Assembly (NCBI GenBank): GCA_002633005.1
Contig: NMRA01000630.1
Coordinates: 197,115 to 239,459 of the forward strand
Length of the DNA: 42,345 bases
Direction: 5' to 3'
Source of the DNA: Phoronis australis
Taxonomy: Eukaryota; Animalia; Phoronida
A model generated the notes under the pieces. That model saw nothing but the letters and a program-made list of their open reading frames with translations, was not told the origin of the DNA and did no database searches. Below, piece after piece: positions 1 through 11,085 of this stretch (position 1 is its first letter; every line of letters starts with the position of its first letter). Position numbers and translations under genes: made by a program.

Positions 1-491
1 CCGCACGTGCGCGGTCGGGGTTTGACTTGAGTTTAAAAACAAACGAAAAAATGGAACAGTGACATATTGTCAGTTCAATGAGATGGTGTCATTGTGGAAA
101 AAGATTTTATTTTCAACTTTTATAACCGATTTATGCGATCGTCCATTTTAGGCCGACTTGGGGGTCTAAATTGCACCATCTCTCTGTGAAATCAAAACGA
201 GGCAACGCTGTAAAAAAACGAGACGGTGCCGGACATTGAGTGCATTACAATGGAACAAAAATTGGTGTCATTTAATTCTCAGATTATGCTTCAAGTAAGA
301 TTCTATGAAATGTCCGATATTTAGGTTCCGTCCGATAATTAGGTACGCTATGTGTATATGTCACCTCTTTTTTCCAGTCGGATGCCTTTTCTTGGACTGA
401 CCAAATCAGGATCATCTTCTAACACTGCGCAAACTTGACTTCCCCTATCTCGTCATTAGCTAAGGGTGGTAGTAGTGGATGCGAGAATGAA

Positions 492-643
492 ATGGCTGAC
501 TTAAGTGTTCCTGTCCTTCTATTGATGATGCTAGCTGCTGCTTGTGTGACGCCTACAAGCTCTTCGACGTCATTTCTCGGAGTCATAGGTGCTGGGGAAC
601 TGATCTGCGGTGCCCCGGGATACGATGTCAGTAATTTAACAAG
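492..643 (+). CDS. Exon 1 (signal peptide) of cation-dependent mannose-6-phosphate receptor / ATG27-like gene
   Basis: ATG at 492 gives MADLSVPVLLLMMLAAAC (hydrophobic signal peptide) through ICGAPGYDVSNLTR; donor AG|GTATGG at 644, phase 2. Exons 492-643, 1637-1839, 3116-3309, 4285-4379, 4877-5000 and 6034-6102 sum to 837 nt, an uninterrupted 278-aa ORF with all GT-AG phases compatible. Confidence 0.85.
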
Positions 644-1270
644 GTATGGGTAAAAGGAATTTAGTGTTCTCTCCACGTGAAACATAACGCAGCTCAAATC
701 GGGAGATAGCTGTTATGAACTTTTTTCTGTAAGTGTTATTCGAACAGGATCGAAAATACAAATTGAAAAAAAATTGTCAGAAAAACGAAATCAGCTACTA
801 AAAACCACGAAAAACCTTGCATGGGAGGGGGGGCGAACCCCCTCCTGACCTACGCGCCTTGGATTCGCTCAAATCCTAAACCCCCCTTACTGAAAACGTA
901 GACTCTGCCACTGTACACTGCCACTTCACAATTACAAAATAAAAGTTTAGTCGTGTAATTATTAGGACATAACTGCCTGGAAATAATTTGTACAAATTTT
1001 CTCATTGGATAACAACATGGTTGTATTCTCAGATTCTTTGTTCCTGTGCTAAAGTGAGATTTACTTAGTTTTTAGAAATAGTTATGTGGATGGTTAGGCC
1101 AAATTTTTGTCTTGAGTCAAAATGAAAGAGACCCCTGGTTTATAGCCTATTTAAGCTAATTTTGGTCTCATACTATTTTAAAAACTTGTGCCCTAGTTTT
1201 ATTCGAATTCACAAATCCACTTAATCTCTAGCTGATATTACAAAGATTTGACTTTGATTTCAATTGTTGA

Positions 1271-1388
1271 CAGCAACTGTCTCTCTCTCTCTCTCATTGA
1301 CTTATTCAGCAACTGTCTCTCTCTCTCTCATTGACTTATTCAGTAACTGTCTCTCTCTCTCTCTCATTGACTTATTCAGTAACTGACT
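1271..1388. repeat. Intronic tandem repeat, ~36-38 bp unit x3 with a (TC)n core
   Basis: CAGCAACTGTCTCTCTCTCTC(TC)ATTGACTTATT repeated three times. Confidence 0.9.
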
Positions 1389-1636
1389 CAACAGCTCATG
1401 ACATTGTTCTTATCGCATGTTTATGAATAATTTAGAACTATCTTGAAGCTGTCCAATCATTCTACGCGTTACAAAGTTCTAATCTTGCAAAATCATCTAA
1501 ACCATGGCTCTATGCCTAAATAAACTTAGAACTCTCTGTCCTGACCTCTGTTGGTTTGGGTCGTAATGCTGCCAACTATTAACACTCGCACATGAGTTCT
1601 ATTGGGTTACTGACCATACTTTTATGTACTTTTTAG

Positions 1637-1839
1637 AGCTGATTATTGGCAGTTCACTCACGCCGGACAATGCCTGGGCGACTCCTCCAAGTGCACGTAT
1701 ATGATGACGTTCTGTAAACCACTATTGGTGCCGTACGCAAACTGCACGAATGCCAGCGTGTGTCAGCAATCGGAGTCTGGAAATGTGACTGTGCTGGGGG
1801 CCTACACAGCCAACCCCTTCCATGTTGATCATGTTACAA
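1637..1839 (+). CDS. Exon 2 of CD-MPR/ATG27-like gene (MRH-like luminal domain)
   Basis: Acceptor TTTTTAG; ADYWQFTHAGQCLGDSSKCTYMMTFCKPL...CTNASVCQQSESGNVTVLG matches the MRH pattern Y-x-x-x-x-C...SVCQ...LG; donor GTGAGC. Confidence 0.85.
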
Positions 1840-2031
1840 GTGAGCTGATTTGTCTGTCTTCAGTTTACACCTTGAATAAAACACAATTCATAACAAGTGA
1901 AAAAATCTGCTGTTTGAAGTAAAGTTTTATCAATAATGGTTATGGCAACATGCATTTTATGTTTAAAAGTACGCTGTTTACTGCTCTAAAATTTTCTTGC
2001 TAAATCAGCTATGGATCCGTATACCATCGAA

Positions 2032-2217
2032 GAAACTATGTGTTAATGTTAGGCGACATAGCACTACAAAACTAAGTGTTAATGTTAGGCGACATAGCAC
2101 TACAAAACTAAGTGTTAATGTTAGGCGACATAGCACTACAAAACTATGTGTTAATGTTAGGCGACATAGCACTACAAACCTAAGTGTTGATTTAGGTGAC
2201 ATAGCACTACAAAACTG
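2032..2217. repeat. Minisatellite, 36-bp unit x~5
   Basis: AAAACTAAGTGTTAATGTTAGGCGACATAGCACTAC repeated; explains the spurious 12-aa repeat ORFs 1997..2284 and 2005..2202. Confidence 0.95.
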
Positions 2218-2325
2218 TTTCCTTACTGGGATGACAAGTGGTTGCTATACATATAAAGAGAAGTGTCTGACTGTTCCTCCTTAAGACCACTCTTGGCATG
2301 TAAAAATCCTCCGTGACATATCAAC

Positions 2326-2587
2326 TTATTCAGCTTGACCTCAAGAAGTAACCAATTTATTGAGCCTGACTTCAAGACTTAACCAATTTATTGAGCCTGA
2401 CTTCAAGACTTAACCAATTTATTGAGCCTGACTTCAAGACTTAACCAATTTATTGAGCCTGACTTCAAGACTTAACCAATTTATTGAGCCTGACTTCAAG
2501 ACTTAACCAATTTATTGAGCTTGACTTCAAGACTTAACCAATTTTATTGAGCCTGACTTCAAGACTTAACCAATTTATTGAGCCTGA
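2326..2587. repeat. Minisatellite, 31-bp unit x~8
   Basis: AACCAATTTATTGAGCCTGACTTCAAGACTT head-to-tail with no spacers. Confidence 0.95.
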
Positions 2588-3115
2588 TAACAGGAAGTAA
2601 CTGGCATTCAACTCTTTCCAACCTCTGAAATTTCATTCAATCTGACTCAGAATTGAACACAGTAGGACCACATTTGCAACGAGAGGTCGTTGAAATCAAA
2701 TCTTAGTCATAAATATTTATAGAATGAGGGTTACAGCACCTTGGTGTGGAGACTTGTTTAGATTTATGCGCAGACGTCTATAGTCCCGTCCACATACAGC
2801 CAACCCTAGAACAATTTGTTTTGAAAACTGCTGACAGAACTAGCTATAATGGAGAAACCAAAGACTAATCCGATATTTTCTTATTGTGGACAGAAGTTCT
2901 TCTCTGAGATCAAAAATCGTTAAATTATCAAACTAAAATCTTCCACCTCAGTTTTAAACGATTTATATACATGTAATGGTTTTGACGTCTGGTTTTCATG
3001 ATTTCGATCAAGCCAAATAATTTACAACGAAACTGAAATTTTGTGAAAACTGCGAGCAAGAACACAGTAATGACTACAAACATCTTGTCTTAAATATCCA
3101 TGGTGTGAATTTCAG

Positions 3116-3309
3116 ATGGCTTTGTGGCAACCTTTCCCAACGGCTCGACTTACACAAACTCCGATGGCAAACCATGTAATACAAGTGTGCTTATCAACTT
3201 AGAGTGTAACTCCACAGCACTTTGGATACCGACCATCAAGAAGGATGTTATCATGCCCTCTATTGTCCCAGTTCCCGTTGAAGTTCTTTATCAACCGTCT
3301 AATTGTGTG
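3116..3309 (+). CDS. Exon 3 of CD-MPR/ATG27-like gene
   Basis: Acceptor TTTCAG; GFVATFPNGS...CNTSVLINLECN...SNCV; donor GTATGA, phase 0. Confidence 0.85.
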
Positions 3310-3378
3310 GTATGACTTTACCTTCTCCGTTACTGGAGATTTCTATTTTATATCAGTCAGGTCTGTAGACGAGGCTGC

Positions 3379-3529
3379 TGGGTCTAATCTCTGGATTTGG
3401 ACTTGATTCAGATGCAAACGCGAAGCTAACCAATCAAGCGGCATAATTCGAGTACAAATATATAGGTTTACTCAAAGCTCACCTAGCCATTGGTCAATTT
3501 TCAAGTCAAGTTCAGAGATTTGACCCCAG
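3379..3529. mobile_element. Small MITE-like inverted-repeat element
   Basis: CTGGGTCTAATCTCTGGATTTGGACTTGA pairs with the reverse complement of TCAAGTCAAGTTCAGAGATTTGACCCCAG. Confidence 0.6.
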
Positions 3530-4284
3530 GCACTGTCTTCTGGCCAGAAAAGCAAGACCACACAAAATCGCACAAAATCACATGACTGAAAGGTGTTTCT
3601 CGAAACCTTACTAGTGTAACCTAGCAACATAGTGGCCATTGAAGTGATTGGGTGGTGAGTTTGGAATACAGAATTACGGGAAGGAATTGATAAATTATGG
3701 GATAGATTTTACTGTTTTCATTTCATATTCAAATTTGTATTGCTGCAAGTGCAGGCTATTGTCTTGAGTCTACAGAACGCGGCCAAGATGAATACTTGTT
3801 TGTCCAGAAATGCATAAACATTGCTCAATTTAGCACACAAGGAGGACGTATGAAAGTTCATTTTGTTAAAAATTCCACAAAATGTTGAGGAAAGTCTTGA
3901 TTTTGCCACTGCCATAATTCGGACTGAACAGCTGTACGGTACAAGGCAATAATTTGTAAAATTTTGAGCATTTTAAAATACCAGTGTTCTCCACAACTGG
4001 AAACCTGAATGTGTTGGATGCCATCAAAATGGCTGAAAGTGAGTTTTGTGTAGAGCTCATTCACATGGTTTACAACCCAACTGACATTTATTCAATGTCG
4101 ATGGGATGTGGCCAGTTGTTCTAAAGACTGCTATAAATCCTTGAGAAAATGTAATGTTTATAATTATTTTTGTGGTAAATTGAGGAGAGATTACATCGTT
4201 GTAGCACACACACAATTTGCAGTTCTATGAGTATTTAACAATTTCATAAGTTTGCTTGTCTCAGTTCTTTGTCTTTTATTCCAG

Positions 4285-4379
4285 TATATAATAAAGTTCA
4301 GTTACGCGGGCGCTTGTCACAAGTTGACCCCGGCAGACGTGGTTAGCGTGCTGAGTCCAGGATCCGTGATGCTCATCAT
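4285..4379 (+). CDS. Exon 4 of CD-MPR/ATG27-like gene
   Basis: Acceptor TTCCAG; YIIKFSYAGACHK...LSPGSVMLI (MRH end C-x-Y...AC plus juxtamembrane LS-x-GS motif); donor GTGAGT. Confidence 0.88.
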
Positions 4380-4876
4380 GTGAGTAATAACAGTCATATT
4401 AACATGTACGTCTTCGAAGGGAGTTAAGTAATACCTGATAAGTCAAATGCTTCTAAGCCCTCGCAAGTTGTCTTTTGAAGACAGTCATTGTAATATACAC
4501 CTGAAATTCACCCTCGTGTTCATATAAGTTGACATTGGTCATCTGGAGCCACATGAGGATCATGGGCAATGTGAAGATTATAGCCACAGCACCTGTTCAT
4601 AAATACCTTGTCAACTGCTTCACTGACTTGTCTTCTCTAAAATTTGTTCTCGTGAGCAGTCCCTCTCACCTTTTTACATATAGTGATTTCATGTAACAGT
4701 CCATAGTTTAAAACACTTTAATAGACTTTGATTGTTAGTAGTTGATGATCTCTGTGTTTTGACTCCACACTATAATGTCAATAGGTTCTGTCTCTTTCTA
4801 GCCACGGAAAATCCCTTTTGACAGAATTGAGTGAACTTTAAGTATAACTAAGTGTGAGAAACATTTCTATTTACAG

Positions 4877-5000
4877 TTTCTTTGTCTCCTTGGCGGTATA
4901 TTTCTTGTGTGGAATAATAGTCAATTTGTTGCGTGGTGAACGAGGTGTTAGTATTCTTCCCAACTCGGAATTTTGGAGAATGCTGCCAGACTGGATAAAG
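4877..5000 (+). CDS. Exon 5 of CD-MPR/ATG27-like gene (TM helix and tail)
   Basis: Acceptor TTACAG; FFVSLAVYFLCGIIVN then GERGVSILPNSEFWRMLPDWIK, the G-x-x-G-x-x-x-x-PN-x-x-FW-x-x-LP signature of M6PR/ATG27 tails; donor GTAAAG. Confidence 0.9.
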
Positions 5001-5193
5001 GTAAAGAAGAGACATTGCAGTCACTTCGTATATATATAAATATGTATATAACTGAACAGATATTTAAGTAACTACATATCTATTGATAAGTGAATACATT
5101 TAGTTCATTAGATATCTTTAGATAAGAGTATAGACATTCATGTCACTGGACATCTATAGATATGTGAATAGGTGTTCAGTCTATTGGATACTG

Positions 5194-5267
5194 TTGAAAA
5201 CTCGACTAGACTTTAACCAGCGAACCAGTATGAAGCTTGCAAACAAAAAGTCTAGTCGTGTTTTCAA
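5194..5267. repeat. 74-bp hairpin / mini inverted-repeat element
   Basis: TTGAAAACTCGACTAGACTTT versus AAAGTCTAGTCGTGTTTTCAA, 20 of 21 bases complementary. Confidence 0.75.
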
Positions 5268-6033
5268 TGAAGTTTGTGTAAACCTATGCTACCGAACTAT
5301 ACTGATAAATTGGATATCTGTTCATAGTAGAATATACATTCAGGCCACTAGACAGGCATAGCTAGATGGATAACTGAACAGACATTCAGGTCATTAGATA
5401 TCAATAGATATTACTGGACATAATGGTAACTGAACAAAAGTTTGTGTCAATAGCTCTTATATCTCTTGATATGTGAAGAGATACATGTATCCACGCCCCT
5501 TGATATACTTGGGTTCATACAACTGAACAGACAATCAGTTCTGTCGATGTCTCGAGATTCCTTTTAAAACTCATGTTCTCATCATCAGATATTTGATGTG
5601 AGAGTCATCTTATTAGATGTTCATATCACCCAAACTCTTGATATCTAAACATTTGTCACTGGTTATCATGTTCATCCATATGTTTGTTTCTAATCATTCT
5701 GGCTTCTTTGACATTCAATTTGAAGTTTGTTACAAAGTCAGAAATATTTTGGGCATCAGTTTTGGATATTTTAGTCATGAAGCATTATATTAGCTGCTAG
5801 GGAACTTATCATGACCCTCCAAAGTAGGAGCATTATTATCGGTTTCGTTGGACTGCAGTTGGTGATTGCCATCACGCTGTCTTGCATTTTTCCAGTTTCG
5901 TGTATGTTACTTCTTTTAAAAATTAAAAGATCTTAATGCCGTAAGACGTTAAGAATGTAAATATCCTGGTGTTATTTTTTGTTTATTTGTTAATGTCGTT
6001 ATGGTTTAAGTAAACAGAAGGTTCTCTTTACAG

Positions 6034-6102
6034 GCGGGCTGTGAGTTCACATTCCAATGTCAATGTGTCAAAGAATCTGGAAGTAGCTATGACAGTATAT
6101 AG
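6034..6102 (+). CDS. Exon 6 (last) of CD-MPR/ATG27-like gene
   Basis: Acceptor TTTACAG; AGCEFTFQCQCVKESGSSYDSI*, ending in a YxxPhi sorting motif; TAG at 6100-6102. Confidence 0.85.
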   Translation, partial: AGCEFTFQCQCVKESGSSYDSI

Positions 6103-6232
6103 CACTCTTAAAGAAATGAAAGACGCACACTGCTGGTTTGGATATCACCCTATTGTGTCTATGACAGTATATAGCACTCTTAAAGAAATGAAAGACGCAC
6201 ACTGCTGGTTTGGATATCACCCTATTGTGTCT
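6087..6232 (+). repeat. 72-bp perfect tandem duplication spanning the stop codon of the CD-MPR-like gene
   Basis: CTATGACAGTATATAGCACTC...CCCTATTGTGT occurs at 6087 and 6159. Confidence 0.95.
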
Positions 6233-7490
6233 TCTTAAAACAAGTCCATTTTAAAGTGCCATTACGATTTCATTGGAGTTACATATTGTTTCACATAGCC
6301 AGTGGCCAGGTCATTCCTTTCAACAAAATGTATTATACTCAAAATGTATTATATTCGACTATTTATTAAAAGAACCTTAAATGCCCTTTCAGACATAGTG
6401 CAAATCATCTCTAAATCCGTTGAAACACAAATACTTGTCATCCCCCAAAAAAGTTCAGAGCAAATTTGAAAATGCATTTCAAAGTTTGGTAGCATGACTA
6501 ACGTTTTGGCCGAGTTTGTTGAACTCACACTCAAACTCTGTCCAATCAGGAGCTCATAATGTCAAACAACTTTGTGACTTGGACCAATGGTATCTTGATT
6601 TCTTAGCAGGAGTGCTAAACGTGCAATGGTGTCTACTTAATGAATGAAATGAACTAAATGTCTTTTCATGTTCCTTTAATTGTCCACCAGTACTAGTGAG
6701 GACATCTCTACTAGAGTTTTATCATGGTGTGGATCACTTGCACCTATTGTGGAGACCACATTGGTGTGAGCACAAAAGATGCTTACATGTAGATATCGTC
6801 TCCTAGTCCGAATTACTACATCTCTCTTCTTTGCTTATTGTTATTTTGTGAAACAAGTTACGACTGTGATCATAAGGGTTAGGATGAGGAGTTGTAAATA
6901 TGTGCAATTTAAAGCAGAAATATTCATTAGTGACTTTCCATTTGAAGGCAAATATCTGTCTCTGAAGGCACCTGCAAATACTTTCAATTTGCAGAATGCA
7001 GAATCTGTTCCTCAAAATTGAACGTGTTCAAAATAAGTGCTGAAATGACACTGAGGCAAACTAACTTTATTTGATGGTTTATTGTTGTGAGCGGAGCAGG
7101 TTAGATAATGAAAGATGGCTGTATTGTCAAGTTCACAACTGGCTGTCTATCTCTCATTTGCATGTTGGGGTGAACGCACTGATGAATGTTTTTGCTAAGT
7201 TATGAATTGTCTGATGAAGTAAAATATTATAAATGAGGACGTCAGCATAGCATAATAGATTTATATAAGTAATTTCGGATGCGTTGCAGGAATGGCTTTG
7301 TTAGAAGTTTTGCAAGATCACCTAAGGACTGTCGAGTCACTTCGCGAGTAAGCTCACGATCTGGTGGCGTAGGGATACTAGTAAAATGTCTGTACTTACT
7401 GGTTGAACAAGGAATGCTACTAGGTGTACTAAGTCCAAATGACTTCCCATTTGGAAACCCGTGTTGTAGGAAGTTACATACGGACATTTC

Positions 7491-7584
7491 CTATTGAGAA
7501 CTAATAGCATAAAATTTATGACTAATGGCCGCTGCAACAACAAACTAAAGTCGATTCATTCATAATTTCATGCTTTCTCAATAG
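7491..7584. repeat. ~95-bp hairpin / MITE-like element
   Basis: CTATTGAGAA...AGCATAAAATTTATGA pairs with TCATAATTTCATGCTTTCTCAATAG. Confidence 0.6.
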
Positions 7585-7635
7585 AACACGCTTGTAAGTA
7601 AAGCAGCACATGGTCGTCCATACTTTTCCAACTCC

Positions 7636-7752
7636 GTAGACGCGAGAACCTCGCGAAAGCTGAAGTTCACACATGACTTTTCGAGATACTGCCATGTATT
7701 ACAAGCGAAGCACGTGATCACACGGACTGCGTTTGCGAGATTCTTGTGTCAA
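7636..7752. mobile_element. Short interspersed MITE-like repeat, copy 1 (copy 2 at ~9572-9693)
   Basis: Both copies share GTAGACG...CACATGA...CGAGATA-TGCCAT...AAGCGAAGCACGTGA...GAGATTCTTG; ends are inverted (GTAGAC.../...TCTAC). Confidence 0.55.
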
Positions 7753-8746
7753 AGAGCTCCACCCACACCATGTGCGTTAATCAAGTAACCATTCTTCCAC
7801 TGAACCACTTCTAGATCCGCCACAGATAGCTCTGTCATGGGAGGGTATGAGAAATTTATGCGTGTCCATGTCGTTGTATTTTACCAAATGTACGTAGTTA
7901 CATTGTAACTGTTGACTGGCCGGTGCATTTTGTTTTATCAGTGTCCTTACAGCGGCTGCGATATTGGGGCCTGCATCGTCTGGCGTCTGTGTAAATGAAT
8001 CAAGCTTGTCATCGCATCGACGACACTGACATGCAGACTTGTTTCTTACATTTTTGTTTAAGCTTGTTTTAATTTAAAGCTTGTTTGGCTGCGTAACTTA
8101 TGACTGTCAGAGGTGGTGGTTTCTATACCTACATGTACATTCAAAAACAGGGTGACAGCTTGCATGGTATTGGTAGGTTGAGGTTGTTTATATTGTATGT
8201 TAAAATGTCAGTTAAAAGACTGCTGATTTATTGTAAACAGATCTATACCGCTGCATATCTATTATGAATATAATTGTTTTAAGAGTTTAATAGACGTAGT
8301 TATTATTTAGGGGTTCCATATCGTCAAGCGTTATGGACGGTTGCGCTCGAACCCACTAACCGGCACCTGAGGTTAACCTACGTATCGATTCAGTGAGTCG
8401 ACAGACTACAACCAGTTCATTTTGGACTAGTTAACAGTTTACGCTCTTCCAAAACACAAACACGAGAAATTTTTCTCTCGTGGTAAAGACCTGTGTTATG
8501 CCATGTTGATGTCCGCTGGCTAACGGCAACAAAATGTTGCAATCTCACTGCACGCGACACGTATGCTGCGCTGGTATTAGTTCGTTTAGTTGTGAATGCG
8601 TAGCTTTGATGCTACATGTACATCTACATGTATCGGGCTAGTCTGCTCACGTGCCTTTCCACTGAAGGAAAGTGAATATGGTCAGAAACTTCGGCTTTCT
8701 CGAAGCCGCCGACTGCGCGTTGGAGGCTGGATCGAGGCTATAATTC

Positions 8747-9004
8747 CCAGGGTACATTTCCAAGATACTGACTTTGTTAATTTTTTACTTAAGCCTATAA
8801 GATTTGTCTCACCTTTCACACTTTGAAACTTCCACATCCGGTAAGATAGTCAAAATTATGATAAAACTTAAATAAAAAATCTTCAGTCGAACTTAAGATA
8901 TCTTTCTTAAAAAGGATTTGAGACAAATTTAACTTTTATCTTAAAAATGACTGAAATTTAAGATTTGTCTTACGTAAGTCAATTTCTTCAGAACGGGCCC
9001 CTGG
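8747..9004. mobile_element. Degenerate Harbinger/PIF-like MITE
   Basis: Left CCAGGGTACATTTCCAAGATACTGACT resembles the reverse complement of the right end (CCAGGGGCCCGTTCTGAAGAAATTGACT); internal TAAGATTTGTCT repeats. Confidence 0.5.
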
Positions 9005-10845
9005 TCTCTTTATCAACGTGTCGTCCGGAAGTCGTGTGAAGAAATTAACTAATTAAAATTCATTTCTTTAGGGTTAGTTTGGACAAAAGTGAGTGATATT
9101 TAGTTTGCCCCTTCGTTTGATTGAAGATCGTGGAACTGTATTCCGGCAAGCTGAGACCAGGCCGAAAGTTGGACATCGAAACAAGCTGTTGAAGTTGCCT
9201 AGCTTAATTGTTTGCTATTGTTTGTGACGGCTCAGTATAACGAACGTTGATTATTACTCAGGCCGCATTTGTCAGAGACAATTAATATCGACATTTATCG
9301 TGTAACATGTAATGTGGTGAACGAAATGATGACGTCACTCAAAAAACTTTTGTTGCTGATTGACGACATTGTCATTAATTAGTACCAATCGTGTCCACAT
9401 AATTTTCTCGAAAGCACTGATTAAATGGAAATGCACATATCACCCACGTTGTTTAGAAGCTTGGATCAAGGGTGGGGGTTTGCGCTACCTAGGGAATGAG
9501 GACGAACATTTGTGATGGCAATGAGGGTAAAACATGGTGATTATTGAACACTAATCCCAGTGGTGCGCCCCGTAGACGAACGACAAAACCGCGAGAAATA
9601 GCAAGATCACATGAACCGCATTACGCGAGATATTGCCATTTAAAGCGAAGCACGTGACCGCACCAGCTAACTTCAAGAGATTCTTGCATCTACGTTACCC
9701 TGGATTGCTCGAACAAAGCAGTCTCTCTGAATGAGGGTCACAGAATCGCGGCTGTTGGGGTTTCGCCGCGCATGCGTGAGGGTTGTTTGCATTCATTTTT
9801 GTACACGCTATGGAATTTTACTGTCATTAAAACTTTTCACAACTTCGCCGTTTTCGTCAGAATTTGTGTCCCACTTATTTAAAAATATCCACTGGCCATG
9901 ATCGTCATTGGTAGACCAATCAAAAAGTGGATGACAGAATTCTACACCAGGCTCAAATGCACATAGAGTCTTGGTTCAACACTAACGGTTTCGCAATGGG
10001 TGACTGGCTGAATAATTTCTGCAAATCATGAGCGACAGCTTAAATGTACTGAAATTCAGTATACCAGAAAATTATATTATGACCATAATTAGTGAACTAT
10101 GCATGTATATTTCAATTGTACTAGTATCTGTGCTTTGTACTTTTAGGTATTTTGATATTTTTGTGCTATGAGCCAGAGGCCTTCAAGTTCAATAAAATTA
10201 TTGTTTCGAAATTCATTAAAAATCAATTTCACAGAAAGTGCATCAATTAAAACGTGAAAACGCTTTTCCCGAAAAACTGTTTTTTTAATCGTGCAAAGAT
10301 ATTCGGAAACTGGGTCAGTTAATGGCGAGCAAGAGATACAGTATGTCCACGAGACGCGAGGGATAGTGTAGCGGGGGGGATGCGTCCGCGAGAGGGGAAG
10401 AACGTGCGCGTAAAATAGAGCTTGGTGTGCACGTAGGCCACAAATTCAATAAAGGAAATGACAAACATTTTTGGAATGCTCTCAGAACACCACCAGTCGT
10501 TTTTCGTTTCCGCAAATCGCTTTATTCATTTCCAAAAAGCACTCATGGACGCTTTGGGTGATGAGTGCTCTATTGAAATCACCGGTACTTTATGTATAGT
10601 AGCTGCAAAAGAAAAAAGTAAACAGTCAATTGAAAGTACCCACGAATATTTTCCTACAGCTTATGATTCATGTCGGACTGACGATTACAACTATTCAAAC
10701 TCGTGTAAAGGTGGGCAGGATGGAGATGACATGTCATTGAACAATCGGTAGAATTGGTCAATTGTATTACACAGCCACGTGCACACAGTACTTTCTCGTG
10801 CCAACATTTACTGACAAAGGGAATAATTCTCATTAATTGAAGTAG

Positions 10846-10975
10846 CTGATTGGTTGAATGGTTTGCACGCGCGGTGGCTAATAAACAAATTGATTGGGTT
10901 AGCTGGACTACTCAGTGAAACGAAGACCGATGCTGCTAACGAGCAACATTTCCGGTAACCAACACCTATATATAC
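10846..10975 (+). promoter_or_regulatory. Candidate core promoter of the GPCR
   Basis: Two reverse CCAAT boxes (GATTGG, ~10848 and ~10892) and TATATATA at 10967-10974, about 110 nt upstream of the ATG; motif match only. Confidence 0.3.
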
Positions 10976-11085
10976 TTAACCCTTCTATGCCGTACCTTTA
11001 TTGTATCTGAGCGAACACTTTACAAAACCTTTTTGAACGTCGATGTATCTTTCAATAGTTTCTCATTTCTGCGAGTGACATTTCG

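Noticed and set aside
2032-2587. 36-bp and 31-bp repeat arrays as CRISPR-like arrays
   Set aside because: Units are head-to-tail with no unique spacers, lie in a eukaryotic intron, and no cas genes are present.
2640-2700. Possible tRNA-derived SINE head on the minus strand (GTTCAATTC B-box-like)
   Set aside because: Too short and degenerate; no cloverleaf or A box identified.
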